Assembly (NCBI GenBank): GCA_028534125.1 | Contig: CM052816.1 | Span: forward strand, 51,400,001 to 51,464,000 | Length of the DNA: 64,000 nucleotides | Origin: Lama glama | Lineage: Eukaryota | Direction: 5' to 3' | Shown here: in pieces, positions 23,918 to 37,009 of the stretch | How positions within the stretch are numbered: the stretch's first letter is position 1 | Layout of the letters: each line of letters starts with the position of its first letter | Notes under the pieces: generated by a model | What the model was told of the DNA's origin: nothing | Database searches by the model: none | Seen by the model: only the letters and a program-made list of their open reading frames with translations | Translations under genes and position numbers: made by a program

Positions 23918-25691
23918 TAAGCCATCCTTTCAATAGTCCCTTGTTTGGATGGTCTCTCCAAAACATTCCTCAGGGAAGACTGTTGGGCCCAAGGATGTTG
24001 ACCTGTCATCCCCACATGACTCCCAGCAGGCGTCTGTGTGTCCACTGTGCGGGGTCACTATGCATTACACCACCATGCCTCCACCCATTGCTCCCTGCAT
24101 CACCCAGATAGATCCCAGAGAGGGTCTGAAGGATAAGGGGAGGGCAGATGAAGCCATTCTATAGGATTCTTTCAATGGCTTGTTTGTGACAAGGCACGCC
24201 TGTACTGAGAATATGCCCTTTCCTGCACAGGTAGAAACACACACGTCTAAAGTGTACTGGGGGCACTTTGTGTCAGCTTCACAGGCTCCTTGTGGCCCCA
24301 GAGACTTTAAGGTGATTCTTGGAAGAACCTCATCTTTCCCATGTGCTTAATGGGACTTACTTAGGAAACCCTATGGGCTTAAAGAAAAAAAACTGAGCCT
24401 CAAATGTTTTCCCGCCCTGTTTTCCCTTTAATATTGTTTGAAATCTGAGATCATGTTTTCCCCACACTGTGATCATCATCATAGTATCTCATAAGTGCTG
24501 TGCATATAGTAGGTTTAGAGATGACAAATTCTGGTGGCCCCCACAGTTCTTGCAAACTATCACTACTGGTTTCTGGCCCATTTATTCAGAAACAGATATT
24601 TTCTTTGCATATCCAAAAGTTCATAACATTAAAATATCCTACTTTACTACTCAAGGAAATAAACTGTTCTGAAGATTTCAAAAAGCTTTATATTTAGAAT
24701 GTGAAGTCATTGATATATATATAATATAGATCTGTGTTTTGGACAAGCTAAGTTTTTCAAAAACAAAAGATCATAAGTCTTAAAAACAAATGAATTTTAA
24801 TTTTTGTCCTTAGAATCTTCTGGGTGCAGGACCCCTTGTACAATCATCTAAACCACAACTTCACCTTTAAGCTGAACCTACTTCAGCCAGGAAAGTTCTC
24901 ATCTCAGGGTAAAAGTATTTGCGAGTAAGAATTCATAACAGAAGTGCCATCTCAGCCTTAGTGGTGGGATTGCAAAGTGATAATTTAATTTAATTACATG
25001 ATAATTTAATATCTCCTGTGTTTCTCTGCTAGTACTTCGAGGACAGTGTTGGAGTGGCAGCTAGGTCTTAGACAGCATAGTTACACTAGTGGAAGGTGAG
25101 GTTGTACCCACAGCTACTAGCTAGATTTTTTTTTTTAAGTCGCAATCTTGTGAAAAAAAAAGTTGTTTTACATGAAATAACAGACATTCTTTGGCCAGGT
25201 CATTCATTTGCATTCTTATAGACAGAGTAGGACTTCCAGAGAATAGCAGAGCATTTATTTGCCAGACCAATGACTCCCGCTTTCTTCTCTAAAATAGGAA
25301 GAAGGGACAGCCACTTCCTCATTCCTTAGTTATACCGCCAGTCTCCAACCCAAGCCCTAGAAACTGCCTAGAAATCTGTTGCCTTGGCTTCTTCAGTGAT
25401 TCAGGGAGTAAAAGACAGATAGGACTTATGCCAGATTTCACTTTGTAGTGAATTATTTAAAATTGTTTAAAAGGATAAATATGCTGGAAATTAAATGTGA
25501 CAGACTGTTAAAAATCGCCTAAAGCAATTTTTAGAAATCTTCAGATTTCTTTTCTGCTACCTTGGGTAAGGAAAAATGGTGATGCTGGTAACAAAGAGAG
25601 GAGAGTCAGAAGGAAAATGTGACTTGTTTAGAGGAGGCTGAGTTTAGTTCCCACACGGTGACTTCATAGTGTTACCCCGCCTAATGGGCTC

Positions 25692-26115
25692 TGTGGTTTG
25701 CCACCTGAATTCCACTGACGGGACCAAGGCACTTACTCCTCTGGCTATTAGTGTGTTACCTGTTGACGACTCACAGCCGAGTCCTTCTCCCGCAATTGCC
25801 CTTTGACAAAAGGGGCTGTCTTGCCCAAAGTCGTATTTCTTTCACAGATTTAGCCCACATCCAATGACTGGTTGATGAGGTGATCCTAAGTCCTGGCCCC
25901 TGGCCTCAATTTGGAGGCCTCTCTGAGACCCACACCCCTTCAGACTCCCAGTGGGATCGGCTGAGGCCTTTGTTCCAACTGCACCAGCAGTTCACCCTCT
26001 CCTTCTGCCCAGTTCTGCTTTCCTCACTCGCTTTCACAAGTGTGGTTTTCCAAAGCACACCCTCATAAAATTACCACATACACATCTTCATGTCTGTTTC
26101 CTAAAGAATCAAAAA
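25692..26115 (+). mobile_element. ERVL solo LTR (LTR16-like)
   Basis: cttgcccaaagt...catccaatgactggttgat...gctgaggcctttgtt...ttctgcccagttctgctttcctcac...tctgtttcct. Confidence 0.7.
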
Positions 26116-27079
26116 GACTAAGTAAAGGAACTAGAAAAGGTGTTAATATGGAGCAAGGAGGGTGGGAAGGAGACATAGGAGTTACTTCCTCACTATGTGT
26201 CAATCTTAATAAAGTAGATTTCTTTTCGGTTATAAGCGTTAATCTGTAGTATCCCTCAAAGTTGATTTGATGTATTCATGTAAATAACACTAGTACAAAT
26301 CATTTAGTCAAATATTTACTAAGCACCCATAAGATAACTAGTTTTTGACTAAAAATCCCTATTAATGGTACCTTTTGTTTATAACATAACCTGTGGATAT
26401 TAGTCAGATGATTTTCAGTTTTGATAACAAGCCCAGTTTTTAAAACTGCATAGAAAATAAGACCACGTGATTTCAAAGGCTTAAAAGTGAGTTACTCACC
26501 CAGTGTGGACTTCATCTGATAGTTTCATAGAAGCCACGAGACTCCTATGATCAGCATCTCATGAAATCTATTAAAAACATACTTGTTTGTTTTTCAACCA
26601 TCTAATGAGACAAAGTACCAGGTCAAAGTCCTCTGTGAAATGACTGTATTCAGTGTGATCAAGACAGGTAGCTCAGTTTTATAGGTAATAGTGTGAAAAC
26701 CGTACAGGATTCATTGAGCAGCAAGAGCCTGAGTGTCGTCTCTCTCATCTCCACACCTCTTCCTCATTAGCACATATCCCAGGGCAGCAAGAGCTGCCCT
26801 AATGCTCTACTGTTACCTCTAGCAGTGAGAGCCCAGTGCACGGGCCTGGCTGGACAAGGGGAGACCACGACACTGATGCCCAGAGCATGCCACCTACAGA
26901 ATGGCATCTGTGAATCATTTCATTTTTGCATGCCCAGCTGTTCAGGTTCTGCTCACTTTCCAGTGATGTCTTGCAGACTTGGGCTTGGGAACCCAGGAAA
27001 GTAGCTAATTATCTTAGGCTTTTGTTTTTTAAACTTTTATTTTTCTAATTCTTTCTTTTCTATATATATATATTTTTTT

Positions 27080-27579
27080 NNNNNNNNNNNNNNNNNNNNN
27101 NNNNNNNNNNNNNNNNNNNNNNNNNNNNNNNNNNNNNNNNNNNNNNNNNNNNNNNNNNNNNNNNNNNNNNNNNNNNNNNNNNNNNNNNNNNNNNNNNNNN
27201 NNNNNNNNNNNNNNNNNNNNNNNNNNNNNNNNNNNNNNNNNNNNNNNNNNNNNNNNNNNNNNNNNNNNNNNNNNNNNNNNNNNNNNNNNNNNNNNNNNNN
27301 NNNNNNNNNNNNNNNNNNNNNNNNNNNNNNNNNNNNNNNNNNNNNNNNNNNNNNNNNNNNNNNNNNNNNNNNNNNNNNNNNNNNNNNNNNNNNNNNNNNN
27401 NNNNNNNNNNNNNNNNNNNNNNNNNNNNNNNNNNNNNNNNNNNNNNNNNNNNNNNNNNNNNNNNNNNNNNNNNNNNNNNNNNNNNNNNNNNNNNNNNNNN
27501 NNNNNNNNNNNNNNNNNNNNNNNNNNNNNNNNNNNNNNNNNNNNNNNNNNNNNNNNNNNNNNNNNNNNNNNNNNNNNNN
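27080..27579. other. Assembly gap (500 N)
   Basis: Run of N; the round length suggests a placeholder size. Confidence 1.
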
Positions 27580-27869
27580 ACAAAGCAGAAATAGACTCAT
27601 AGACATAGAATACAACTTGTGGTTGCCAAGGGGGTGGAGGGTGGGAAGGGATAGACTGGGATTTCAAAATTGTAGAATAGATAAGCAAGATTGTACTGTA
27701 TAGCACAGGGAAATATATACAAGATCTTATGGTAGCTCACAACGAAAAAAATGTGACAATGAGTATATATATATATGTTCATGTATAACTGAAAAATTGT
27801 GCTCTACACTGTTTGACACAACATTGTAAAATGATTATAAATCAATAAAAAATGTTAAAAAAAAAAAAA
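27580..27869 (+). mobile_element. Young lineage-specific L1 3' end with poly(A)
   Basis: caaagcagaaatagactcatagacatagaa...ctgtatagcacaggga...acaacattgtaaaatgattata; AATAAA at 27844 and an intact A13 tail; the 5' part runs into the gap. Confidence 0.85.
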
Positions 27870-29267
27870 GAATCGCCGTATTCTAAGTAACTTTTCTAAG
27901 GGCTTGTGTACAGCAGGCATCCATGAGGGCATGGCTTGTGAAACAGAGTCTGTACTTTAATGCCTCCAACTCCAGGTTCACTTCCACAAAGAGGGTGGGC
28001 AAAGGCCAGAGATCCACACCCTGGAGGTTTAGAGGAGCCAGCCTAGAGCAGAGATCCAGAGAGAGCAGGGGGCCTTTCAGACTCTTCTGTCTCACTACTC
28101 ATGTCTCTGGTGCAGGCCCCTCGGAGCCCAGAGATTCTGGATGGGCCAGAGGGTACAGTGACTATGTGGCAGAGTTCACTTGCAAGAATTTGCCAGGCAT
28201 AGCTCTGATTACAGCAGCCCAGGCTCCATTCCTGAGGGCGACCTGCTGGGACTTCTCTCTGCAAGGAGTGTCCTGGCTGTGGAAGAGAGTGACCATATCA
28301 TTTTCATATTTGCTAATTCTTCCTCCTCCTTCCATAGCTGAGTCTGGAAGGGGCCTTTATAGGGAGCCAGCATCTGAGCTTTCTTAAGGTACACTGAAGG
28401 AGCAGAGAAACCCCCAGAAGTTCCTCTGGACTAGCACATGTTGGTGTTACTGGTGTATTCAACATGTGTAGAGAAGCTTTTAACCGTGTAAACAAGAAGA
28501 GGCTGACTAAGGCCTTCACAGACCAGTAAAAAAATTTTTCAATGCATCCTTAAAGACTGCACCATCTCCCTCAGAGCAGGAAAGAGAAACTCACACTTAC
28601 TAGGTGAAAATGATCTGCTGGATACTTTTCAATTTAATGCCCAAGATAATGAAATGTCAAGTATCCCATGACGTTTTGCTCGGCCAATTGAAACTAACTG
28701 AGTAATAAAATACACCTAAAGCAATAGGAGAGTTAGGGGACTCCTTAGCCATGAAAGCACATATTTGATGAACAGGTCAGAAAAATTCCCCTGTCTAAAA
28801 GGCAGAATGTTAAACATTTTGAGAGGCAGTAGATTCCCAACCTAGAAGATGATAGGGCCACCACTCAAGAGAATTAGCCTCCAGAGTAGGACCACACATG
28901 TCTCAGGGTCAAGGACACCTCTGACATGAGAGGAAGACCTGGGACATCAGAGCTGCCTATAAACTCAGAGGATAGTCTGCACAGCCCTTGATACAGGAAG
29001 TCCTGGAAAGGAAAAATGCAGCCCTGGTTGGTTCAACTGGTAGACTGTAGAAAGGTAGGAGGGTAAAGGTCAGAGCAGAGTTCTTAAGATCAGAAATCAT
29101 AAAAGAAGATATTTTCAGATGATACGCACCACCAAAAAATTAAAAATTCAGTTCTCTGAAAAGCTAAGAGTACAATAAACAATACTAAAAGTTAAACACC
29201 AAGCTTATTACAGGGGGTCTTTCTCTCTGTTGCTCCCTGTGTCTCTCTGCATAGCCTCTGAATTCCT

Positions 29268-29389
29268 TTGTTGGGGGGGCATAATTAGGTTTGTTTGTTT
29301 GTTTGTTTTTAATGGAGGTACTGGGGATTGAACCCAGGACCTTGTACATGCTAAGCATGCACTCTATCACTGAGCTATACCCTCCCCCC
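29268..29389 (-). mobile_element. tRNA-derived SINE (camelid Vic-1-like)
   Basis: Minus strand GGGGGGAGGGTATAGCTCAGTGATAGAGTGCATGCTTAGCATGTACAAGGTCCTGGGTTCAATCCCCAGTACC with A/B boxes and an (AAAC)n linker. Confidence 0.9.
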
Positions 29390-29404
29390 GACTTCTTATT
29401 ATTT

Positions 29405-29848
29405 TGTGGAATTCTCCATTGTATGACTCTAGATGAAACACAGGGTCCACTTCCCACCTGAGGAGATGAAAACTCCCCATATTCATTTTCTCAGCTCCCT
29501 GGCAACTGGGATGCAGGCGATGACAGAGACTCACCAATAAGACAACTCTGGCCTAGGACTCTCCATCAGAAACGGAGAACAGCCCACTCCAGGGCCACTG
29601 GTTGCAAAGATGCCCACGGTGGCATTCAGCATGTAGTGTCAGTACTGGCAGGATCCTCACCAGTAGTTCCTAAGTGTAGTTTGGGCTGCCCTCTGCCTGT
29701 CCTCCCTTGGTGCTGCTCTATTTTCAGAGTCAGTTTCCTAGCTTTTCAAATGATTCTGTGATCTAGCAAATATCCTTTCAAAACATTCATTTTCTTGTGG
29801 AATGAGCCAGTCACTTTCTGTTGCATGCACCCAAGAACCCCTGACCAT
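29405..29848 (+). mobile_element. ERVL solo LTR (LTR33-like)
   Basis: ttttctcagctccctggcaact...gattctgtgatctagcaaatatcctttc...tttctgttgcatgcacccaagaaccctgac. Confidence 0.6.
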
Positions 29849-29869
29849 GCACTGGGAAAGCTACTTGCA

Positions 29870-30280
29870 GCATTTTATAGGCAGAAGCACAGTATCCTGA
29901 ACATACAAATGGTTCTAACAAATTCAATAAGGAAAGAGGCATATTCCAATAGAAAACAGAGCAAAGGACATGAACAGACAATTCGCCAAGGAGGAAATAC
30001 AAATGGTCAATAAACACAGGAAAATGACATTTGCCCTCACATTTCCAAGATGCAAAATTTTCAAATATTATTGAGAAACCATTCTTCCCGTATCCTACTG
30101 ACAAAGATTAAGAGTGCTAATACTCAATACGGTCAGCTTGTGGGGAACAAGTTTTTGTTGGGGGTGTAAAATGACATACCCTTTCTAGTGCAAAGGCTAT
30201 AATATTGTGTATCAAAATTTAAAGTGTTCCTTTTGGCCCAGAAATTGTGCTTGTAGGAATTTATTTATCCTGAGAAAAGG
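29870..30280 (+). mobile_element. Old L1M ORF2 3' fragment
   Basis: ccaatagaaaacagagcaaaggacatgaacagacaattc...aatacaaatggtcaataaacaca. Confidence 0.65.
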
Positions 30281-30739
30281 CCATGACCCATGATGCTCAG
30301 TTCCCAAATGGTGTCTTAGAATATAGAGTTCATGGAATGCAAAGTAAATTCACAGTTCAAAGTCATTTCAGAATAATTCACACCCTTTACTTGTTTGTGT
30401 GAGACACCCTGGAAAGGATGAGCTCACAGAGTTATATATTAGATCTCTTTTCATCTTCTCCCTGATTCACTGCCCCTGTATTTTGGAACTGTGATCCTCA
30501 AATACTCTGCTCTAAAGTACTCTTCCTGCCCCAGCCCCCGGCAGGTCTCCTCTCTCCTTTTGGACCAAGAAGGCCAAGAATGTGTCTTCCCTAAGGCCAG
30601 AGGACACAGGGAGACAAATTATCTGGTAGGGAAGAATGGGAACATTCACAAATTAATAATCCTTGCTTTAATCTTATCTAAAAATAAGTGGAGAATAGAT
30701 CTAAGACAAACAGCTCAACCCCCACCGCCTCTCCTCCTT

Positions 30740-31145
30740 CTGCTCCAACTCCCAAATTCTTGCTGCTCCTCAGGCCTTTGCTTTTGCTCTGGCCATTCTA
30801 CAATTTAAGATAAATACATAGGGCAAGATAAATACATAGGGCTTAATTTCCCATCCCACTCAAGTCTTTGCTCAGATGTCACCCTCTCAGTGATATCTTC
30901 CCTGGTCATCCTATTTGAAATTGCAACATGCAGCTTCTTAATGCATCCTATCCTCCTTCCTGGCTTTGTTTTTCTCCAAGACACTTATTATCAACTAACA
31001 TTCTATACCTGTCACTCATTCATTCATTACCCTTCCTCCCCTAGTAGATTATAAGCTCCCTGAGGGAGGGATTTTTGCTTATTTTGTTCACTGCTTTATT
31101 CTCCAGTGAGTAGAAGAGAAGCTGACACACAGTAGATACTCAAAA
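30740..31145 (+). mobile_element. L2 LINE 3' portion
   Basis: caagtctttgctcagatgtcacc...agattataagctccctgaggg...ttgttcactgct...cagtagatactcaa. Confidence 0.75.
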
Positions 31146-31273
31146 AAAAAAAAAGTTAATGCAAAAATACCTTTGTCAATGTGTACAGTAAAGAAAAGCA
31201 CCTCAAGTATTCATTCTGTAAATTACAGATTTGTTAAATATATCACATTCACACAATGAATTGCTAAGCACAC

Positions 31274-31716
31274 TGTGGTAGGCAGAATATTATTTTATTC
31301 TGATAATACGATACTGGGTCCTAATTCTTAAACCTATTAAATATAATCTGATATGGAAAAAGGATCTTACAGGTTTGATTAAATTAAAAATGTGAAGAGA
31401 GATAATCCAGAATTACCAGGTAGGCCCTAAATGCTATCACACAAACTGTCTTTATGAGGGAGGGACAGACTGGGAATTAACATATGCACAGAGAAGGTAA
31501 CATAAAGATGAAGCAGAAAGAGATTTGAAAGTTGGAATGATGCAACCACAAGCCAAGGAATGTCAGCAGCCACCAGCAGCTGCCGACACCCCATTACCAC
31601 CCAGTGATACTGATTTCAGACTTCTGGCATCCAGAACCATGAGAGAATACACTTCTGTTGCTTTGAGTTCCCAAGTTTGTGGTGACTTCTTAGAGAGGCC
31701 ATAGGAAACTAATATG
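31274..31716 (+). mobile_element. MaLR solo LTR (MLT1B/C/D-like)
   Basis: Starts tgtggtaggcagaat; interior caagccaaggaatg...gacttctggcatccagaac; ends ccataggaaactaata. Confidence 0.85.
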
Positions 31717-31821
31717 CATTCCTAATTTTTATGTAACTATTTTGGATTACCTTATGAATGAAATTTTCTTTCTCCATAGAAACATATCAAGTATCAAAAA
31801 TGACTCCATTCCTTTAATCTT

Positions 31822-32455
31822 TTTAAATTAAACTTTTTATTTTGAGATAATTGTAGCTGCATAGGAACTATGCGGCAGTGAGAAATAATTCAGAGACCCC
31901 ATGTACCTCTTACCCAGGGTACAGGGGAACACCTGCCCTGATGACAGTCCTGGCTCCCTATGTGCTTTCTCTGCCCCCACCTGGCAAGAGTGTTGGGGTG
32001 CTTATTACAGCCTCATGCAGGTGGAAGTCTAGGGTCCCACTTGGCTTTTGCTGATGTGAGCGTGGCTGGGGCCACAGTTTTTCTTTGGTGTTTCACTAGA
32101 GTAGAGCAGTTACTGTGTAAAAGTTTTCTGTCTTTCCTGGCTGCTCCTCTCCTAGCCCTTTTGCTAGAGAGAGCAGGCTGTTTTTGGAGATTTCTTCACC
32201 TGTGCCCATTAGCATTTCTGGGTTGCTGGCTTCTTCAGCTCCAAATCTGGGATAAACAAGCCAAAAGGAAGCCCTGGGCACTCACTACTGTGTCATTCCT
32301 CAAATCCTGAGGTCCCTATCACGTTCACCTCTTCTCTCTGCCTTTTAGAGTCTTCTTATATTTGTTTCATATATAATGTCTAGGTTTTTCAATTGTATTT
32401 AGTTGGAGAAATGGCAGAAAGTACATCTACTACCTCCTCCCAGAAGTAGAAAATT
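31822..32455 (-). mobile_element. L1MC-like element reduced to its 5' UTR (~31930-32455) fused to its 3' terminus (~31822-31920)
   Basis: 3' terminus aactttttattttgagataattgtag...agaaataattcagaga...ttacccag directly abuts L1M4/MC-type 5' end text (agagagagcaggct...cttcttcagctccaaatctggga...aaagtacatctactacctcctcccagaagtagaa). Confidence 0.6.
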
Positions 32456-35400
32456 CTCAATATCTTGAATTGTGAATGAATTCTGTTTGGGAGGGGGTAT
32501 TTTCTACCTATAGGGAGAATGAAGGAACAGACTATTTGGAAAGCTCCACAGAGCACAGGAAGCTACTTTTCTTTTAAGTTTCCAGTCCTAAAGTCATGCT
32601 GACCCTCTCTTATCCTTAGATGCATAGTTGACTTATACTTTGCATATAACCTTATACTTTGCACATTTTTAGCTATTTCTTGTAAGTGCAGCTCCACTGT
32701 GATGTCTACTGTAAAGACCACGTCTTGTACTTTTTTTTCAAACTGGTTAACCATGCAGGTGTCTAATAATTGTTGATTGAATTCATGAAAAGAATATCTA
32801 CCACAGACCAAGCTATATGGGAGTCTTAGAGAGATGTGGAGGAAGAAATATCACCATGTTCTCAAGGGCCTTAAAGTCTAGCACAGAATGAATTACCCCT
32901 GCCATACCTTTCATGTCAAGCCCACCAACTTGATTTTGTATGACAGGAATGAAAAGTTTGCTCACTCTGTGGGACACAGAACCTAACTCCTAATCATAGC
33001 AGGTGGTATTCTGGACTGTTTTGTTAAGCCAACTGGGACTTGAAAGTGATGAAGGCTGGCAGACCCTATAGGTTCATTTGCTCACACACTTCTCTATAGA
33101 TTTTTCTCTAGAAGGGCTCAGAGACTCTGTGATGTCTGGAATAGGCAACTCTGACAAAATAAGCTCTTTGCCACACAGCGAGGCTTGTAGGCTAAACTGT
33201 ATCTTAGTCCCATAGCATAGTTCTGACTAGGCCTGGGGAACACCAGGGCAGGTGAACCTAAATGCAAGCCTTACACTTGTATCTTATCTTGCAGACTGAA
33301 TTCTTTCAAGTGGTGACTGACAGCGTCAACCAGCTGTCAGTAGTGGACAGAGTTGTGGAAACACCTTGACTCTTGAAATAACATAGCAGTTTCTTTCTGA
33401 TACCAATACCCCATGGACAGTAACAACTTTCCTCCTCTGATTCTTTAAGGCTGAATTGTCTCATCTGCTTAGGCTTTAACATGAATGGACAGAGGGACGA
33501 AATCATCTTTTCACCTAGAATACAGACAGTGCTGGGGCTGGGGCCATATTATTCTAATTTTGATGTCTTCTTTTCTGTAAAATGTTTAACCTCTTTGAAT
33601 CTTCTCATTGGGATGTCATAAAAATTACCTCCTCACTTCAATGTTGTAAATAGACATAGATATCAATAGAGTTTTGTTGTTTGTTGTTGTTGTTGTTTTG
33701 ATGTGAGGTACACTCATGAGAAAAAGTACTGTCCTTGGGTTTCTAAACTATAAAGTTTAATCTTCACTCCCCAGTGTCTGAACCCTTGGTTGATTAATTC
33801 ATATAAAATCTTCACATTTTCAACAGTTTTCTCCTTTTCATTCCCAATCCAAATCTCAAGGACAATATGCAGAAATTAATTTTTGAGTTAGAATGGGAGA
33901 AGTTGTATTAAATTCCTTCAGAGAATTCATGCGGAGTTAAATGTAATATTTCCCAGCTCTACAATGCTTTTGCTAGCAGTTGTCCTTGCCATTTTTAATT
34001 TAATCCTTTAGGTCTGCTTTTACAGCAACTATTTTAATTTAGATTTTGAAGTATTTTACAACAATGTTTAGGAAAGTTGGGGGGGAATGGCCAGTGTCCA
34101 GAGACAGTTTACCTGGTTTGGATGAAGGTTGTTGAGTGGGTTGGAGTCTCACCATTGCTGCCTAGAATGTGAAGCTTCTACTTGACTGATAGGAAGGGAC
34201 CCTTTTTGTGATACTAATTCATGGTCCTAGAAAAAGAATCTAGATAACCCTTCTTTTTCATAGCAAAGTCTCTGTTTCCTCAGACACTGAAGAGCACGTT
34301 TAAAGCTGTGATGGATTGGAAAGATAGTTATCCCCCGCTTTCATTTTGAGAGTTCGGCTTACGCCACTTCTCTTTTATGAAAGACCTATTTTAGCACCTG
34401 TTTTCACTAACCAAAAGGATTTTCACTTTTATTTTAAAAGGTAATTGCTTCTTCACTTTATGCCTTTTCAGCTTACAAATAGTTTCATGGAATCTCTCTA
34501 CTTTCAGATAAAGGGGAACCTATAGTTCAGAAACTTGGTATTTTCCATCCCTCTCCCCCAGTTCTGACACTGACAGCTTTTTGGATGAGTTCAGTGGATA
34601 AATTCTGACTTGGTTACCATCTCTAGGTACCCCCAGGGCATTATGGAGAGAAAAAAGTGAAAGGATGAATGTAAAAGTAATTTGGAAGCTGTAAAGATAG
34701 TTTAATGTTATACTCCTTAAATATTTAAAATCATTGGCATCACCATCACCACACCACCTTTACCAGTGTCCTGATATCTCAACTATTGCAAACTCATTTC
34801 CCTTCCTCACTTTGATTCGGTCAGTTCAGAATCCTCTCTTGAGTAATCCTTCGCTCCCATCACTCAGGTCTTATTCTCCTTCAAACTTCTCCTCTGTCTT
34901 CCAGATTAAGCAACATCACATCTTCCAAAAGATTCATTTTCCTCTCTAAGGCTTTTTCCTTAACCATCACAACTATCTCAGAAATGCCCTGTGTCAGCAA
35001 TGACTGATGACAGAAACTAATCTCCCTCTCTGCTGTCTGTTGGCTTCTGTCTTTCACGCATCCCATTCACCTCAGTGTGAACACCTTTGGTTTGAATGGA
35101 GAGTTCCTGAGGACGAGCCTCCCTCATGTAATTCATTATCAGTACCATCATTGCTATTTATGGGTAAGACACGGTAGACATTAAAGCCACGTTCTTTCTC
35201 TAGAAAGATGATGTTGGAGACCAACCTTCCTAGGCCCCACTGGAGTTGTTTTCTGAGTTAAAGGAAAATGGTGAGGAGCTATCACCCATGCCCTCCTGTA
35301 TCCTCCTACCCACAGACATACAGTTGAGAACCAGGTATTGTAGGTTCCCTCTGTCACCACAGAATAGTGTTTTCCTTTGGCTTCTTTCTACAGCCCTTTC

Positions 35401-35599
35401 TGCACCTCTCAGCTCCTGGTATGCCTATTACTAAGTACCCTACTTTCAGAAAGTGGCTGGCTCCAACTTTTGACACCTGAATGACAGTCTAAACTGTAGG
35501 TGCTTAAATTAAAAGTTATTTATGGAGTTGAAGCTTATTTAAATGTATCAATTCAGAGAGTTTCCTCAAGTCTTTTTGACTATCCTTTTTTGTTGTCCA

Positions 35600-35825
35600 A
35601 ATTATAACTACTATTCATTGCAGTCACTATGTACCAGGCTGTATGCCAGATGACATATATATTATATATATATATCTTTACAATAATCCCACAATTTATA
35701 CAATCCCTATTTTGAAGTTGAGGAAAATTTAGTATCTGAGAGGTTAAGAAATTTACCCTAGGAAGCAATACCAGCAAATGACAAAGCCCAGATTCACATT
35801 CAGGCTGCCTTTTCTACCAAACCAC
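35600..35825 (-). mobile_element. MIR SINE
   Basis: ccctattttgaagttgaggaaaatttag...gagaggttaagaaatttacc. Confidence 0.7.
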
Positions 35826-36748
35826 TCCAGAGACCTCTCCCCCAACCTGAAGTTGGTGCCCTATACTACAAAAAACTTTTTTCCACTTCTCTAATTAATT
35901 TTCCTATTCTTTAGGTTTTTGTTGTAAGGAAAAAAGCAAGACAGTTGCTTAACTATATGAATTTATGCTAAGATATTGATGACTCTTACCCTTAGAAGAA
36001 GAATGTGTCAGGTCAAGTTAATCATTAATTTGTGGAACATGTAAGAAAACTGTCTTGGCAGGGTGCCTCTCCATTCTTCCTTACTTAGCTCAAGTCACCA
36101 AAAGCACTCTCACCAACACATGCTCATACTCTGGCATACTATACACATACACACATACACCCCCCCTTGGAGAATAAGAGGTTAACAATTTGAAGCTTGG
36201 TTTGTGCTGACCCCAGATTTAGCCAATTGAGCTAAGTGGTTCAGTAAGTATTGACAAACTAAGACCTGAGCCCTGACTTATATATGTGATTCAAGGTTCA
36301 CTTTAACATTAGTCTATTCAAAAAGCTACTGGCCTTTCCAATTAGCCAGAGAATATGAGATATTTTATGTTCAATACTTCAGGTTTAGCCATTGGAGAGA
36401 AATTATTTGAAAAGAGAATTGTAAGGCACCTGACAGAGGAGGCACTACATCAATATAGTCTTTTTCTCTCTCAGTCTCTCTCTTTCTCTCTCAATCTTTC
36501 TCTTTCTCTGACACCAGTCCCTCTGAAGTTCCCTATTGAAAAATTTGAATCATTTTTGTCAAGGCTATATAATTAAATATCTAATCATATCCCTAAGTCT
36601 TTTGAAAAATGTTTTATTTTAGTTTATACAAGGAACACCTAATTATAGGCTCACTGTAAAAAAAAAACCCTAAAACAATAAGAAACATAGAGTAAAAAAA
36701 TAAAAATTCTTTATCATCTTCATTCCTGTTTCATTGCTTTCCTCCAAA

Positions 36749-36803
<55 letters not shown>
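36749..36803. repeat. Compound (TG)n(TA)n microsatellite within an L1ME-like fragment
   Basis: Visible dinucleotide runs. Confidence 0.95.
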
Positions 36804-36806
<3 letters not shown>

Positions 36807-37009
36807 ATTTGGTGTGTAGCTGTCTGGACCTTTTCTATCATTTACAGACAATTTATATACAGATGTATTTTTAAAAATTTTTTATGTGACTGAATTCACG
36901 CTAAATATAATCTGAAATTTACTTTGTTTTGTGTATCAAGGACGCTTGCATGTTCTCAGTCAAGTCCTTTAATCACTTAAGCCTAAATTTCTCATTTCTG
37001 CTCTCAGAA

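Noticed and set aside
26500..26567. 68-nt minus-strand exon candidate (ttttaatAG ... TGG|GTGAGT)
   Set aside because: Weaker acceptor and no independent support. It shows that exon-like pairs occur by chance here, and its inclusion would break the proposed ORF.
27029..27706. 225-aa and 192-aa ORFs
   Set aside because: Artefacts of translating through the N gap.
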